DNA from: Squalus acanthias
Lineage: Eukaryota
NCBI GenBank assembly: GCA_030390025.1
Contig: CM059437.1
Coordinates: 54,436,001 to 54,500,000 of the forward strand
DNA: 64,000 nucleotides
Direction: 5' to 3'
The notes under the pieces were generated by a model. That model was not told the DNA's origin, searched no databases, and saw only the letters and a program-made list of their open reading frames with translations. Of this stretch, positions 49,457 through 62,859 are shown piece by piece. The position numbers and the translations under genes are program-made. Numbering within the stretch: the first letter of the stretch is position 1; every line of letters begins with the position of its first letter.

Positions 49457-50219
49457 GGGCCAGAAATTCGGGTCTCCGTGGGTGAGTACGCGGTGGGTAC
49501 TCACCCACAGACCCAATGAAAGTGCCGGTTTCGCGCATGCACTGCGCATGCGCTGGAAACCGGAACTTCTGTTCCCCTGAAGGAAGGGGTTCAGAGGTCG
49601 AACGCGTGCGCGGGAGACGCAGCGCGCACGCAGCGAACTTCGTTCTTTTTTTCAGGTTTCTCCATGAGGGTAAGTACGGAGAAGCTGCGCAGGAAAAAAG
49701 GAGGAACAAGGCCTGCTTTTAACAAGGTAAGTGGTGAATTATGTACAATTTAAACATTTTTTCAACAGGTTTATCTTTTTTGCATACTTTAAAGAAAGGT
49801 AAGTTTATTTTTAACACCGTTAAAAAGTGTAATTAATTTTTTCAAAAATTTACATTTTTGTTTCAAGTAGTTAATTTATGTAATTTGTAGTTATTTTAAA
49901 AATGTGATTTTTTTATTTATTTATTGAAGTTTTAGTGAGATTTTGGGGCCAATCTCTATTCATAGATTTGGCAGGTCTGCCTGTCAAAATCTATGAATGA
50001 AGATTCCCTGCTCCGATTGACTCTCCATGGCCCATGTGATCCCAGGGGACACTTCAAACTAACTGCGCCCCTGGGATACGCAAGCACTGCACGCCGGCAG
50101 CTGCAGCAGGCCCAGGAGCCGAATTCCACACGGGCCTGAAGCACAACGGCAGGCGCAGTATGTAAGTACGCGCGCGATTCTTGCATCCGCAGGAAGCCGG
50201 ATAGCCGAATTTCTGGCCC
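49457..50219. mobile_element. PIF/Harbinger-like MITE inside the 5' LTR, related to 7137-7899 in opposite orientation
   Basis: Perfect TIR GGGCCAGAAATTCGG / CCGAATTTCTGGCCC. TSD AAT/AAA. Empty site cattataatatgg at about 22431. Confidence 0.85.
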
Positions 50220-52306
50220 AAAATGGTTATTAGTAATAATGGAAGAAACATGGGTTGGACCATCATTGACCAAATTATAGACACATTAAATAAAGTCAAA
50301 ATCCTAACTTACGAAAAACAGATAGCTAGCCTGGCAAGCAAGGTCATGCTGTGGGTTCCTATGTGGGATGTTATGCATCATCTAATCAAACGAACTAAAA
50401 CACTTTGTCTCGATTCTAATACAAGTATTCCAGGAAACAAAACTTACTCAGTTCCAGTAAGACACAACATATACATTAACCCCTTACTTGTCTCGAGCAG
50501 AAACATACAATCATTTAAACACTGTACTATTCACATCACAGTTTCATTCACATAACCATATACGTTTTCAGGTACCCCTAATATCTAACACCACCTCACA
50601 CTTATCTGTATTAAAATTAATTTGTCAATGACAGGCCCATTCTGCAAGTTTATTAATGTCTTCCTTCATTTTGATGCATTCTTCCTTTGTATTAATTACA
50701 TCTCCCAATTTGATGTCATTCAGAAATTTTGAAATGGTACTTCTGATTCCCGAGTCTAAATCATTAATGTAAATTGTGAGCAATAATGGTCCCAGCACCG
50801 ATCCCTGTGGAATGCCACTTTCCACCTTTTGCCACACTGAGTAGCTACACTTAACCCTCACTCTCTGTTTTCTGTTTTGTAGCTAGCTTGCTATCCGTTC
50901 TGCTAAATGTCCATGACTCCAGATGCTCTGGCCTTAGTTATAAGTTTATTATGCAGTACCTTACCAAAGGCCTTTTGAACATCCAAATATGTTACATCTA
51001 CTGAATTACCCTTGTCTACTCTTACTGGAACTTCTTCAACGAATACAATAAGTTTGATGAAACAAGACCTTTCCTTTTGAAATCTGTGCTGACTACTCTT
51101 TATTATGGTTTCGGTTTCCAGATGCTTTGCTATTACATCTTTGAGTAAAGATCCCATTATCTTTCCTGCCACTGACATTAAGCTATACGGACTTGTCCTG
51201 TCTCCCTTTTTAAATATAGGAATGAAATTAGATGTCCGCCTGTCCTCTGGCACTAATCCCTTTTCTAATGAATTGTTATATATATGTAATAGTGCCTCTG
51301 CTTTCTCTTCCCTAACCTCTTTTCATGATGTATAGAGTAATAGAATCATACAGCACAGAAGGAGGCGATTCGGCCCATCATGCCTGTGACAGCTCTTTCA
51401 AAGAGCTATCCAATTCATCCCTCTCCCTTGTTCTTTCCCCACAGCCCTGCAATGTTTTTACATTTCAAGAATATACAAATTCGCTTTGGAAAGTTTTTAT
51501 TATATCTGCTTTCACTGCACTTGCAGGTAATGCCTTCCAGACCACCACAACTAGCAGTGTAAAAAAACTCTCCTCATCTGCCCTGGATTGTTTGCCAATT
51601 ATCTTAAATCTGTGACATTCTGGTTACCGATCCTCTTGCCAGTGGAAACAGTTTCTCCCTATCTAGTCTAGCAAAACCCATTCATAATTTTGATCACCTC
51701 TATTGAATCTTCCCTCAACCTTCTTTGATCTAACGAGAAAAATCCATCTTCCCTAGTCTCTCCGCATAGCTGAATTCTCCCATCCCTGATAGCATTCTGG
51801 TAAATCTGCTTTGCAGTCTCTCCAAGGCCTTGATATTCTTTCCAAAGTGTGGTTCCTACAATTGGGGAAAATACTTTAGCTGAGGCCTAACCAGTGTTTT
51901 ACCATCATTTCTTAGCTTTTGTATTCTATGCCTCTATTTATATGCTTTTTTAACAGCTTTGGCAACTTGTCCTGTCACCTTCAAAGATTTGTGTATGTAA
52001 ACCACCAGGTCTCATTGTTCCTGCACCCCCTTTACAATTGTACCATTTAGTTTATACTGTCCTTCCTTATATTATTTCCAAAATGCATCACTTCACACTG
52101 CTCTGCATTAAATTTCATCTTTCATGCGTCTGCCCATTTCACCAGTCAGTCTATTCCCTCATGACGTCTGCTACTATCCTCCACATTGTTTATTACATTT
52201 CCAAGCATTGTGTACTTCCATGAATATAAGCATTGGGCCAAAAATTGCAGTCAGCGGCATACCTCTGGAGGTACGTCGCCGACCGACGAAAAGAATACGC
52301 ACCTCC

Positions 52307-54846
52307 CAAGAAATAATGGAGGCTTGTAAGAAAGGTACTGCAATAATCATGGGCGATTTTAGTCATCATAGAGATTGGACAAATCAAATTGGCAAGGGTA
52401 GCCTTGAGGACGAGTTCATAGAGTGTATTCGGGATGGTTCCTTAGAGCAATACGTTGAGGAACCAACCAGGGAGCAGGCTATTTTAGATCTGGTAATGTG
52501 TAATGAGACAGGATTAATTAATGATCTCATAGTAAAGGATCCCCGAGGAAAGAGTGATCATAGCATGGTAGAATTTCAAATTCAGTTTGAGGGAGAGAAA
52601 CTTGGGTCTGAAACTAGTGTCCTAAACTTAAATAAAGGCAATTACAAGGGTATGAGGACAGAGTTGACTAAAATGGACAGGGAAAATAGATTAAACAGTA
52701 AGACGGTCGATCAGCAGTGGCAGACATTTAAGGAGATATTTCATAAATCTCAGCAAAGGTATATTCCAGTGAGAAAGAAAGGCTCTACGAGAAGGATGCA
52801 CCATCCACGGCTAACTAAGGAAGTTAAAGATGGTATCAAATTGAAAGAAAAGGCACACAATGTTGCGAAGATTAATGGTAGGCCAGAGGATTGGGAAATT
52901 TTTAGAAACCAGCAAAGGATGACCAAAAAAATTATAAAGAGGGAGAAGATAGAGTATGAGAGTAAACTAGCAAATAATATAAAAACAGACAGTAACAGCT
53001 TCCACAGGTATATAAAAAGGAAGAGAGTAGCTAAAGTAAACGTTGGTCCCGTAGAGGATGAGACTGGGGAATTAATAATGGGAAATAGAGAAATGGCAGA
53101 GACTGTAAACAATTATTTTGGATCGGTTTTCATGGTAGAAGACACTAAAAACATCCCAATAATAATAGATAATCAAGGGGCTATAGGGAGGGAGGATCTT
53201 CAAACAATCTCTATCACTAGAGAAGCAGTACCTAGCAAACTAATGGGGCTAAAGGTTGACACGTCCCCTGGACCTGGTGGCCTGCATCCTAGGGTCTTAA
53301 AAGAAGTGGCTGCAGTGATAGTGGATGCGTGGGTTGTAATCTACCAAAAATCCCTGGATTCTAGAGAGTTCCCAGCGGATTGAAAAACCGCAAATGTAAC
53401 GCCACTATTCAAGAAAGGAGGGAGACAGAAAGTAGGAAACAATAGGTCAGTTACCCTAACATCTGTCATTGGGAAAATGCTGGAATCCATTATTAAGGAG
53501 GTAATAGCAGGACATTTAGAAAATCATAAGACAATCAAGCAGAGTCAACATGGTTTTATGAAAGGGAAATCATGTTTGACAAATTTGCTAGAGGTCTTTG
53601 AGGATGTAACAAACAGGGTGGATAAAGGGGAACCAGTAGATGTAGTGTCTTTGGATTTCCAGAAGGCATTCGATAAGGTGCTACATAAAAGGTTACTGCA
53701 CAAGATAAGAGCGCACGGGGTTCCGGGTAATATATTAGCATGGATAGGGGATTGGCTAACTAAAAGAAAACAGAGAGTCGGGATAAATGGGTCATTTTCC
53801 GGTTGGCAATCAGTAACTAGTGGGATGCCACAGGGATCAGTGCTGGGGCGTCACCTTTTTACAATCTGTATTAATGACTTGGATGAAGGGACCGATGTAC
53901 AGTAGCCAAATTTGCGGATGATACAAAGATAGGTGGGTTAGCAAGTTGTGAGCAGGACACAGGGAGTCTGCAAAGGGATATAGATAGTTTAAGTGAGTGG
54001 GCAAAAATTTGGCAGATGGAATATAATGTTGGAAAATGTGAGGTTATCCAGTTTGGAAGGAAGATTGAAAAGGCAAATTATTATTTAAATGGAGTGAGAC
54101 TGCAAAATGCTGCGGTACAAAGGGATCTGGGGTCCTAGTACATGAAACACAAAAAGTTAGCATGCAGGTACAGCAAGTAATTAGGAAGGCTAATGGAATG
54201 TTGGCCTTTATTGCAAGGGGTATGGCGTATAAAAGTAGGGAAGATTTGATGCAACTTTACAGAGCGCTGGTGAGACCGCACCTGGAGTACCGTGTACAGA
54301 TTTGGTCTCCATATTTAAGGGAGGATATAATTGCATTAGAGGCAGTTCAGAGAAGGTTCACTAGGTTGATTCCTGGAATGGAAGGGTTGTCTTATGAGGA
54401 AAGGTTGAGCAGGTTTGGCCTATACTCATTGGAGTTTAGAAGAATGAGATGTGATCTTATTGAAACCTATAAGATTCTGAGGGGAATTGACAGGGTGGAT
54501 GCTGAGAGGATGTTTCCCCTGGTGGGAGTATCTCGAATTAGGGGCATAGTTTCAGAATAAGAGGTCAACCATTTAAGACGGAGATGAGGAGGAATTTGTT
54601 CTCTCAGAGGGTCGTGAATCTTTGGAATTCTCTACCCCAGAGAGTTGTGGAAGCTGAGTCATTGAATGTATTCAAGTCGGAGATTGACAGATATTTGAAC
54701 TACAAGGGAGTCAAGGGGTATGGGGAGAGAGCGGGAAAGTGGTGTTGAGGCCAAGATTGGATCAGCCATGATCTGATTGAATGGCGGAGCAGGCTCGAGG
54801 GGCCGATTGGTCTACTCCTGCTCCTGTTTCTTATGTTCTTATGTTC
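52307..54846 (+). mobile_element. 5'-truncated CR1 LINE ORF2, disrupted (paralog of 24533-27018)
   Basis: Same EN/RT motifs, same 5' junction, and the (ttcttatg)n tail. Confidence 0.92.
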
Positions 54847-57800
54847 TACCTGATGGCGGCCCTCCTGTGTAAACTTGCGCTCTGACGCTACGAGTAGGAG
54901 GGCACCGTAATGGCCCACGGATCCCAGGGGCATGAGAACATAAGAAATAGGAGTGGGAGCAGGCTATTCCGCCCCTCGAGCCTGCCCCGCCATTTAATGA
55001 GATCATGGCTGACCCGATTTTGGCCTCAAATCCACTTTCCTGCCCGCTCCCCATAACCCTTGATTCCCCTGTTGCTCAAAAATCTGTCGATCTCAGCCTT
55101 GAATATATTCAATGACTCAGCTTCCACGGCTCTCTGGGGTAAAGAATTCCAAAGATTCACGACCCTCTGAGAGAAGAAATTCAGCCTGTGCGAAAGCAGC
55201 CTGTGCGGAAGTGCACCTGGGATCATGTGGGCTTGGTCCTCCAATCAGAAAACAGATTGTCTTTCATTCATTTAAATTACTACATTAATTCATTACTACA
55301 GCCTTTAAAATACCTACAGATTTAGCTTCTTATCGTGGGCATCCAATTCATTACTCATAATTCCCACTTCTAAACCAGCACTGTGCACGGTGCAGGAAGT
55401 TATGAAATGTAAACGTTATTTTTTAAAAGAAACCTGCAGCTTTAACATACACTAGGATTGTTTCGCATTGTTGTTGGATGTCATTTAATTTTAAAAAAAC
55501 TTTATTTCGGACATCCATTTACGCTGTGCAAACAGGCCCTGCTCCTGTTTCCACCAACCGTAAAATTTCCGTAAGTAATTGCTGGGCAGTTGGTGGGCAA
55601 ATAGCCCAACTCTGCACCAGCAATCACGTTTTCGGTGACGGAGAGGATGGCCCCTCAAAGCACGCAAGATCATGTGGAAATCCCGAATTTGCGGTGGATT
55701 TCAAAGGCAGTATGACTGTGTACCCTGACAGTACGCCGTCCTACCCACCGCAAAATCCGGTCCATTACACATCAATCTACAAAGCCTAAATCGTCATGGA
55801 GGATATCATCTAGCCTACTGTTTTGTATTACAATACATCAGCCTCTCGTTAGTAAAATAGAATATCGATACAACAGAACAACGTCAAACATTACAGGTTA
55901 CACACTTGCGTGTGAATGGAATCGATGAGCGAAGGGAAGTTCTTAGAATGTATTCTGAAAAGTACAACCGGTGCAATTGCGCGAGATAGCAGGATGGAAT
56001 TTAATAACTGCCTTCTTAGTATAATAATATAACACTACAGCTGCCCTAAACAGACTGAGGTCTCAAAATGCCGAAAGTAATAACATGGAGTAACGTTATT
56101 AGCACTCCAGCACATAATAAACAACTGCTAATACGTAATGACAGTGTCCAAATATTTAATATCCAGAAATTGGAAATTGCTATGAGGCCCAGCACTATAT
56201 CTGTTGAGAAATTACACAGAATATACAGCACAGAAACAGGCCATTCGGCCCAAACAGTCCATGCCGGCGTTTCTGCTCCCCTCGAACCTGCTCCCCACCT
56301 TCCTCGTCTAACTTTATCAGCATAACCCTCTATTCCCTAGTCCCGCATATGCTTATCTAGCTTCCCCTTGAAAGCGTCTATACTATTCGTGGGTCCTCAG
56401 CTATGAAAAATAGTGGGGATTGCGGTTTCGACAAGGGTATTGGGCATGGACGTGCTAGATTCTGTACCTATGTCCACCACTTCCTTTTGTGAAGATGTTG
56501 GTACTAGGATTAGGGGCCTGAATAATCATATGCTTGACATCAATGATGTTCTGCACACTGCAGAATCCAGACAGTGAGGAAGAGTTCACGACTTTTTTCA
56601 TACAGCTGCCTAGTTTCCATGCGGGGGGCTGATAAATGAATTGTGCCAGACAACCAAGTGGTTTGAATCTTGCATTTTGTGAGCTGCAAGTTGGGCGATT
56701 TTTCATATATCCCTTGTTGCTGCTTGAAGGGACCCAGGAGTATAATTACGTACGGCAGATGACACCTTTGATTTAACCGTCACTATCCTGGATCAGTTTC
56801 TACATTTGGCTTCAGGGTGTTGCAAAGTTCCCTTGTGGACTTTTTAGGGAATAATAAACTTCACTTGCAACATTCTTGTAACATAATCAGCAATGACCTG
56901 TGCTCGCTGACCTACACTGGCTCCCGGTTAAGCAACGCCTCGATTTCAAAATTCGCTTTCGAATTATGGCCGTGCTGCTCCCTATCTCTGTAATCTCCTT
57001 CAGCCCCACAACCCCCCCCCCCCCCCCCCCCAGCTATCTGTGCTCCTCTAATTCTGCCCTCTTTAGCATCCCTGATTATAATCGCTCAACCTTTGGTGGC
57101 CGTGCCTTCTGTTACCTAGGCCCTCAGTTCTGGAATTCCCTTCCTAAACCTCTCCGCCTCGCTACCTCTCTTTCCTCCTTTAAGACGCTCCTTAAAACCT
57201 ACCTCTTTGACCAAGCTTTTTGTCCCCTGCCCTAATTTCTCCTTTTGTGGTCGGTGTCAAAACATGTTGTCTTTTAATACCCCTGTGAAGCGCCTTGGGA
57301 TGTTTTAGTACGTTAATGGCGCTATATAAATACAAGTTGTTCTTGTTGTTCTTGATTGTCTCTGCCTCTATGCTGGACTAGGTCCTGTTAGATGGCCGCA
57401 GGTGCCAGTTCACTGTATTTCATGCCTCATTATAGGATGGAAGTTATCATACTTACACTATATAACATGACAGCTCCACGGCTCTATCAATATTTCAGAG
57501 TATCTACACGTTCGGGCTACTGTTAAAATGTATTCGTAGGTAAAATATTTTAATGGGTAGAACTAGATAAAATAATATATTGTCAAGACACTGAATATGT
57601 GTGCATGTCTGTGTTGGTGGGGGTGGGGTGTGGCTGTGTGTGAGGTGGGGTGCGTGTGCTGGGGCGGGGTATGAGTGTGGGAGTGTGTGTGGGAGAGTGA
57701 GTATGTGGGGTGGAGTGTGTGTGTGGGGGTGGGGGGCTGTGTAGGGTGTGGGTGTGTGAGTGGCGTGGGCATGTCAGTGTTTGGATGACGGGATGTCCAT

Positions 57801-58829
57801 TCAACCCAGCTGTCCTGGGTATCGAACAGCGAAAGGGTGAGGAAATAAAATATTCAACAGTTGCAGCATGATTAAGAAATGTTATCGTGAACGGTTGTGG
57901 AGTTCACTGATGAAATAATTTAATGTTTGGATAATGAAAGAGTCGCTTCCATTTGGATCTGTTTCCTACATCACAGAAAGAGCAGCAGCGTAAAAGGCGC
58001 AATTAAATGCCCATCTCTTGTTAAGTGTTCTAAATAGCAACGACTGATTCGATATCATTCTTTGTGCCCAATGTAAACGAAACCTGTTGGCTCACATAGT
58101 TCACGCTATTCTGTCCCAATGAAGCAAGTTAATCCTCCATGCGCCTCTACAGTATGTACCAGTTCACGCTCCCAGACCATCGCCTGCCGTAGCGCGGGTA
58201 GTACAATCTAACTTCTGGGCGATCCCAAGGTCTCTATAATGAACGATAATATTGATGCCATTCTCTCTCTAAAAAAAACACTCCCTTTTAAAACATGGAA
58301 TTAAAAGCTGCAGTTTTTAAAGTTATTTGGGGGAGAATTCGTTTGCAGAACATTATCTTCAAGTATTGTTTATTGACTTGCTGGATTTAAAAATGAGTTT
58401 TTCGTGGACGATGAATGTTAAAAATGGAATCGAAATTACTGAGGCTTATGTTCATAGAAGAATAAGGAGATATGCGATATGCCGCATTCTCTGCTCGCAG
58501 CCTCCAGTTGTCTTAGTGCAATGGTTGAATCACTGTAGCTTGATATGTCTTTCGATTGAACAATAATCAATTCTTCAAAGACGCATTAGGTCAAATTGTA
58601 CTGTGTAGTTTTGCAATGTCTACCTTTCAGGTTTGCATGAAATTCAATTGGTCATCATTTTAACAGATTTTTAATAGTGTAATGTCTCTGTTAAATAGCA
58701 GCCAATGGAATTTCAGTGAACTCATTCAGCGTCCCCATGCTAAGAGAGACAACGTGATTTCACCTCAACTGTTCCTGCATGTCGTGACCGAGTCGAGTAT
58801 TTAAAAATATATTGGCTAAATTGCACTTT

Positions 58830-58896
58830 ATGCAAACGTCAATCAGATCAATTGCAAAGATCCAATGAACGACCGCGACGTGACAGAAATTTGCAT
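58830..58896 (+). promoter_or_regulatory. IgL promoter of cluster C (octamer)
   Basis: ATTTGCAT at 58889-58896 and ATGCAAAC at 58830-58837, with CCAAT and GACGTGAC between them. Confidence 0.8.
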
Positions 58897-59022
58897 AAAT
58901 ATTAAATGCGACGCGATAGACCCCTGTGTAAATGCTTTTAAGGAGAGGTTGAGAAGGTGCAGGATCATTAGGTTCTTGCAGTGAAACATTTTTTTCGGAC
59001 ATTGATTTTAAAAATCTGCAAA

Positions 59023-59071
59023 ATGAGTGAGTGGCTTCGTGTTCTCGCCGCCCTGATGCTCTGTTTGCAAT
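59023..59071 (+). CDS. IgL leader exon, cluster C
   Basis: MSEWLRVLAALMLCLQ + T|GTAAGT. Intron 59072-59220. Confidence 0.9.
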
Positions 59072-59220
59072 GTAAGTAGAGGGCTGTAAAGGTCTTCAAT
59101 ATTCCTGCTCTTTGTATTACGCTGATCGGGTGCTGTACTTGAGCTTCACCGGTCTGAATTGCAATTATTTTCCACTATTTTAATGAAGGTCACTTGTCAA
59201 TAACTTTTTTATTTCTCCAG

Positions 59221-59571
59221 GTACCAACGCGGGTACTGTGCTGACTCAGCCACCGTCGATCTCAACTTCACCGGGAAAAACCGTCAAAATCACTTGCACC
59301 CTGTCCGGAGGCAGCATGGGCAGCTACTACACGAGCTGGTACTGGCAGAAACCCGGCAGTGCCCCTGCCTTTGTTTGGAGGGACTATGATTCGAGCAGAG
59401 GTTCGGGGATTCCTGATCGATTCACTGGATCCAGGGACACGGCGAGCAACGTCATGCATTTAACCATTAGCAATTTACAATCCGGGGATGCCGCCGAATA
59501 TTACTGTGGTGCCTGGGATAGCAGTGCTGGTGGATTCACTTTCGGGAAAGGAACTGAACTGAATCTGGGCA
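59221..59571 (+). CDS. IGLV: Germline-joined VJ exon, lambda/type II light chain, cluster C
   Basis: CTNA-GTVLTQPPS..YYCGAWDSSAGGFTFGKGTELNLG, then A|GTAAGT. 351 nt, no RSS. Confidence 0.95.
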
Positions 59572-62536
59572 GTAAGTAAATTTTTCGCTCTGTACGTCGG
59601 GGATTTTTAAAGTGTGAGTTTTCAATTGTTGGTTTAATCCGGTTGCGGTGAAAATTCTTTCGAACATACATTTATAATTCTCCGATTCCATCTTGGTGTT
59701 TAGAGGGAGACGTGTTTCTATTCTGTTTGTTAAATGCTCATGAAACTGTCGCACAACAATTGCAATGTTATGGATGAAGTTCCAAATAATTATTTTAAGT
59801 GGGTGGAATTCAGCCTGCACCAGTGTAATTATAATTTATTGGTGATTTGAAACATATTCGTAAAGTACTGGTCAATCTGCATGATACGGCATTAAAACAT
59901 AGCTGGATACTTGTGACTGCCATACATTGTCCTCGCGTTGTGCTTCGTGCCTCGCGTAGAGCTAAAAAAAAACTATAACGTGTAATATTTTATAATTCCC
60001 CGACACGGTGCCATTAAAGAGTCCCAATCAGAGATTGGGAGCGTGTGTCATTCGTGCGACATTCTCAGTATTGTTTATCATGTTAGTCATAATTTCACTA
60101 GTAAGTAACAGATAATTATAAATCATAGTGATTGGGTTAGAAATTTTAAAATAAGTTACAGATTTTAAGAAGTTGATGTTCTTTTTTGAAGACAGGGATA
60201 TTGAGGTTATCAGGGATAAAATGTGATTAGAAGTTTGTTGCCTTTGGAAAGACATTATGGTTGGAGATGGTCATATGCTGTCTTGTATAGTTCTTAGTTT
60301 TTAAGGGAACTGGGTAATATTGACTGAAGAGAGATTAGCTTAATTAGGTCAAATGATGCGTCCTGGGTAACTATGATCTTCTGGAGCTTGCTTGATCCCC
60401 TTCAAGAGTTTCAGAGAAATTTCGCAGAGCTTTAACGGAATTAGCCACATGTTTTTCGCTGTTTTGGCTCCCCAGAAGATGACAGTACGGGAGGGTGCAT
60501 GAGTGGATATCCTCAGCAACTTAGGGTCTGAAACTCCTTTTCCATCGTTCTATTCGTATATTTGAAGCATTGTAATAAACACCAGTGTTTGATCCCGCGC
60601 AGATATTATAATCACTGACAGACTCATTACCTTCGAATCCGATTAATTTTGTATGAATAGAACCGCGGGATCAGCATTTGAATTTTTATTTAATTCTGTC
60701 AGTAAAAAGTATAACCCTACAGGTAATCCGAGAGACTCAAACGGCATTTATATTGGGATATTTAGCTACAGGCTGTAGAAAAGACGCTGCGTTGTATTAT
60801 AAAGTGTTCCATTCAACTTACATCTGATGCAAGTTAAATTTCAAAAGCAATTTTAACAGAGTAGGAGATTACACTTTCAAGCTATTTACACGTCTGGCTG
60901 TTGGTTTGTCTCAGTTGGTAACTTTCTCACGTCTGGATCAGAACGTTTTAGATTTAAGCCCCTTTTCCAGGCGTTACATCGGAACACTAGGGAGCCCCTT
61001 GCGCTTGTTCCACCATTCCATTGGATCATGGCTGATATGTACCTCAACTCCATCTATCTGCCTTTGCTCCCTATCCCTTGATACCCTTAGCCTACAACAA
61101 TCTATCGATCTCAGTCCTGAAGATCTCATTTAACCCAACAGCCTCAACTTTTTTGGGGCAGTGAATTTCAGATTTCCACCACCCTTTGTGTGAAAGAGTG
61201 CATCCTGGTTTCACTCCTTAATGCCCTAGCTCTAATTGTAATACCTTGGCTTTTTGTTCTGGATTCCCCCACCAGAGGAAATGGAGATATGGAGGGAGTG
61301 CGGCATTGAAGGAAATGCCTTCTTTTGGATAACGCCATTAAGAGGAGTTCCACATTCCTGTTCAAGGGGACGTTCACGATCCCGTTGCATTATTCGAGGA
61401 ACAGCAGAAAATCGCAGCCCATACCCCCACCCCCGCCTCAATCACTGCCTCAAAAGAAAGGGATTTGTGTCTGTAGCTTCTTGCTTTGTTTAAGTTTGCT
61501 ATCACTGCGCTTCAATGTAATATAAGTGAAAGCTGATGTGGTGCTATATAGTGCTACTCGTTCTTCTTTTTATATTAACATAAACAAGTAGAAGCAGCTG
61601 ATCTTTCTGCAGCAGATGGTTCCTCGGTTGACTGGGCAGTGAAACACCGAAATACTGGGTAGCGATTACATCAAACAGCGTCTCAAGCGTGACTCTGCCA
61701 GGTGCAATTGTAGCCCCAGCATTCAAATTATAACCGACTGAAAAGACTGAACAGACTGGGGCCCTGAATCATTGAACATGCTGGGCGGTGACTGAATAGA
61801 GATCTTTAAATTTATGAAAGGTTTTGATAGTGTAGACGTAGGGAAAATGTTTCCACTTGAGGAGTAGTCCAAAACCAGGGGTCATCAATATTAGATTGTC
61901 ACTAATAAATCCAAAAAGAATCCAGGAGAAACTTCTTTGCCCAGAGACTGGTTAGAATGTGGAACTTGCTACCACATGGAGCAGTTGAGGCGAAATGCTG
62001 AAATGCCTTTAAGGGGAAGCTCGATAAGTACATGAGGGAAAAAGGGATCGAAGGATATGCAGACAGTGTTAGATGAAGTAGGGTGGGAGGAGACTCGTGT
62101 GGAGCATGAACACCGGCACAGACCAGTTGGGCCGAATGGCCTGTTTCAATGCTGGATATTCTATGTAATTTCATGTAATAATCCAATAAAGATTGGCGCC
62201 GTTGAGCGTTATTATTCTTCCATCGTAATATTCTTAATATGTTTGGACTACAGTTTAAAAAAAGAAAAACTATGACCTGCAGGTTTAATCCAAATAAGAG
62301 TTTTCAGTTTTAATTTTTTTCTCGATGCACGGAGCTCTCGCTTTTTCTTCAAATCGTTATATAGTTTTCTCGATCAACGGACCCGATGTGATTAGTTAAA
62401 GAACATTATTAATCTCCCTTAAGCTTGTAATGTGGTACCAAATTAAAAACGTTGAAAAAAGTAAAACTCTGAATTTCGACTTTTTACATCCAATTCAGAG
62501 TGGATCTTCACAGGTTGTTTCTTCTTTTCTTTGTAG

Positions 62537-62859
62537 ATCCGCGGGCTCCGTCAGTGACCGTCCTTCCGCCTTCATCGGATCAAATCGCAGCAAAGACCAC
62601 GGCGACCCTGGTGTGTTTGGTGAACGGCTTTAACCCGGGCGCTGTGGAGATTGAGTGGACTGTCGATGGCAGTGTCAGAGCAAATGGTGTTGAGACCAGT
62701 CGGGTCCAGCAGCAGACGGACAACACGTTCAGTGTGAGCAGTTATCTGACTCTGCCAGCCTCAGTGTGGAACTCACACGAGCTTTACTCCTGCGTGGTTA
62801 AACACGAGACTCAGGCAAACCCGCTTCAAACAAGTATCGCGAGATCCAGCTGTATCTGA
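62537..62859 (+). CDS. IGLC: IgL C exon of cluster C (intact; the spliced gene is 723 nt, 240 aa)
   Basis: TAG acceptor at 62534-62536. (N)PRAPSVTVLPPSS..YSCVVKH..SIARSSCI*, in frame with VJ. Confidence 0.95.

Larger units (their letters stand above)
43102..50590 (-). mobile_element. Paralogous provirus copy with gag-pol deleted
   Basis: LTRs at 43102-44421 and 48548-50590 with the same CCAC TSD (43098-43101, 50591-50594). The internal region jumps from the provirus 3' region into CR1 at about 46130. Confidence 0.9.
32541..60440 (+). repeat. One full unit of the tandem segmental duplication of the IgL cluster
   Basis: Position 1 corresponds to about 32541 and about 60441. C exons start at 2336, 34655 and 62537. 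Spacers are colinear with shared TE junctions. Confidence 0.9.

Noticed and set aside
52124-53383. 419-aa ORF (and the 341-aa paralog at 24351) as a novel gene
   Set aside because: Chance read-through from an antisense CR1 and a MITE end into a truncated CR1 ORF2. The downstream RT is broken.
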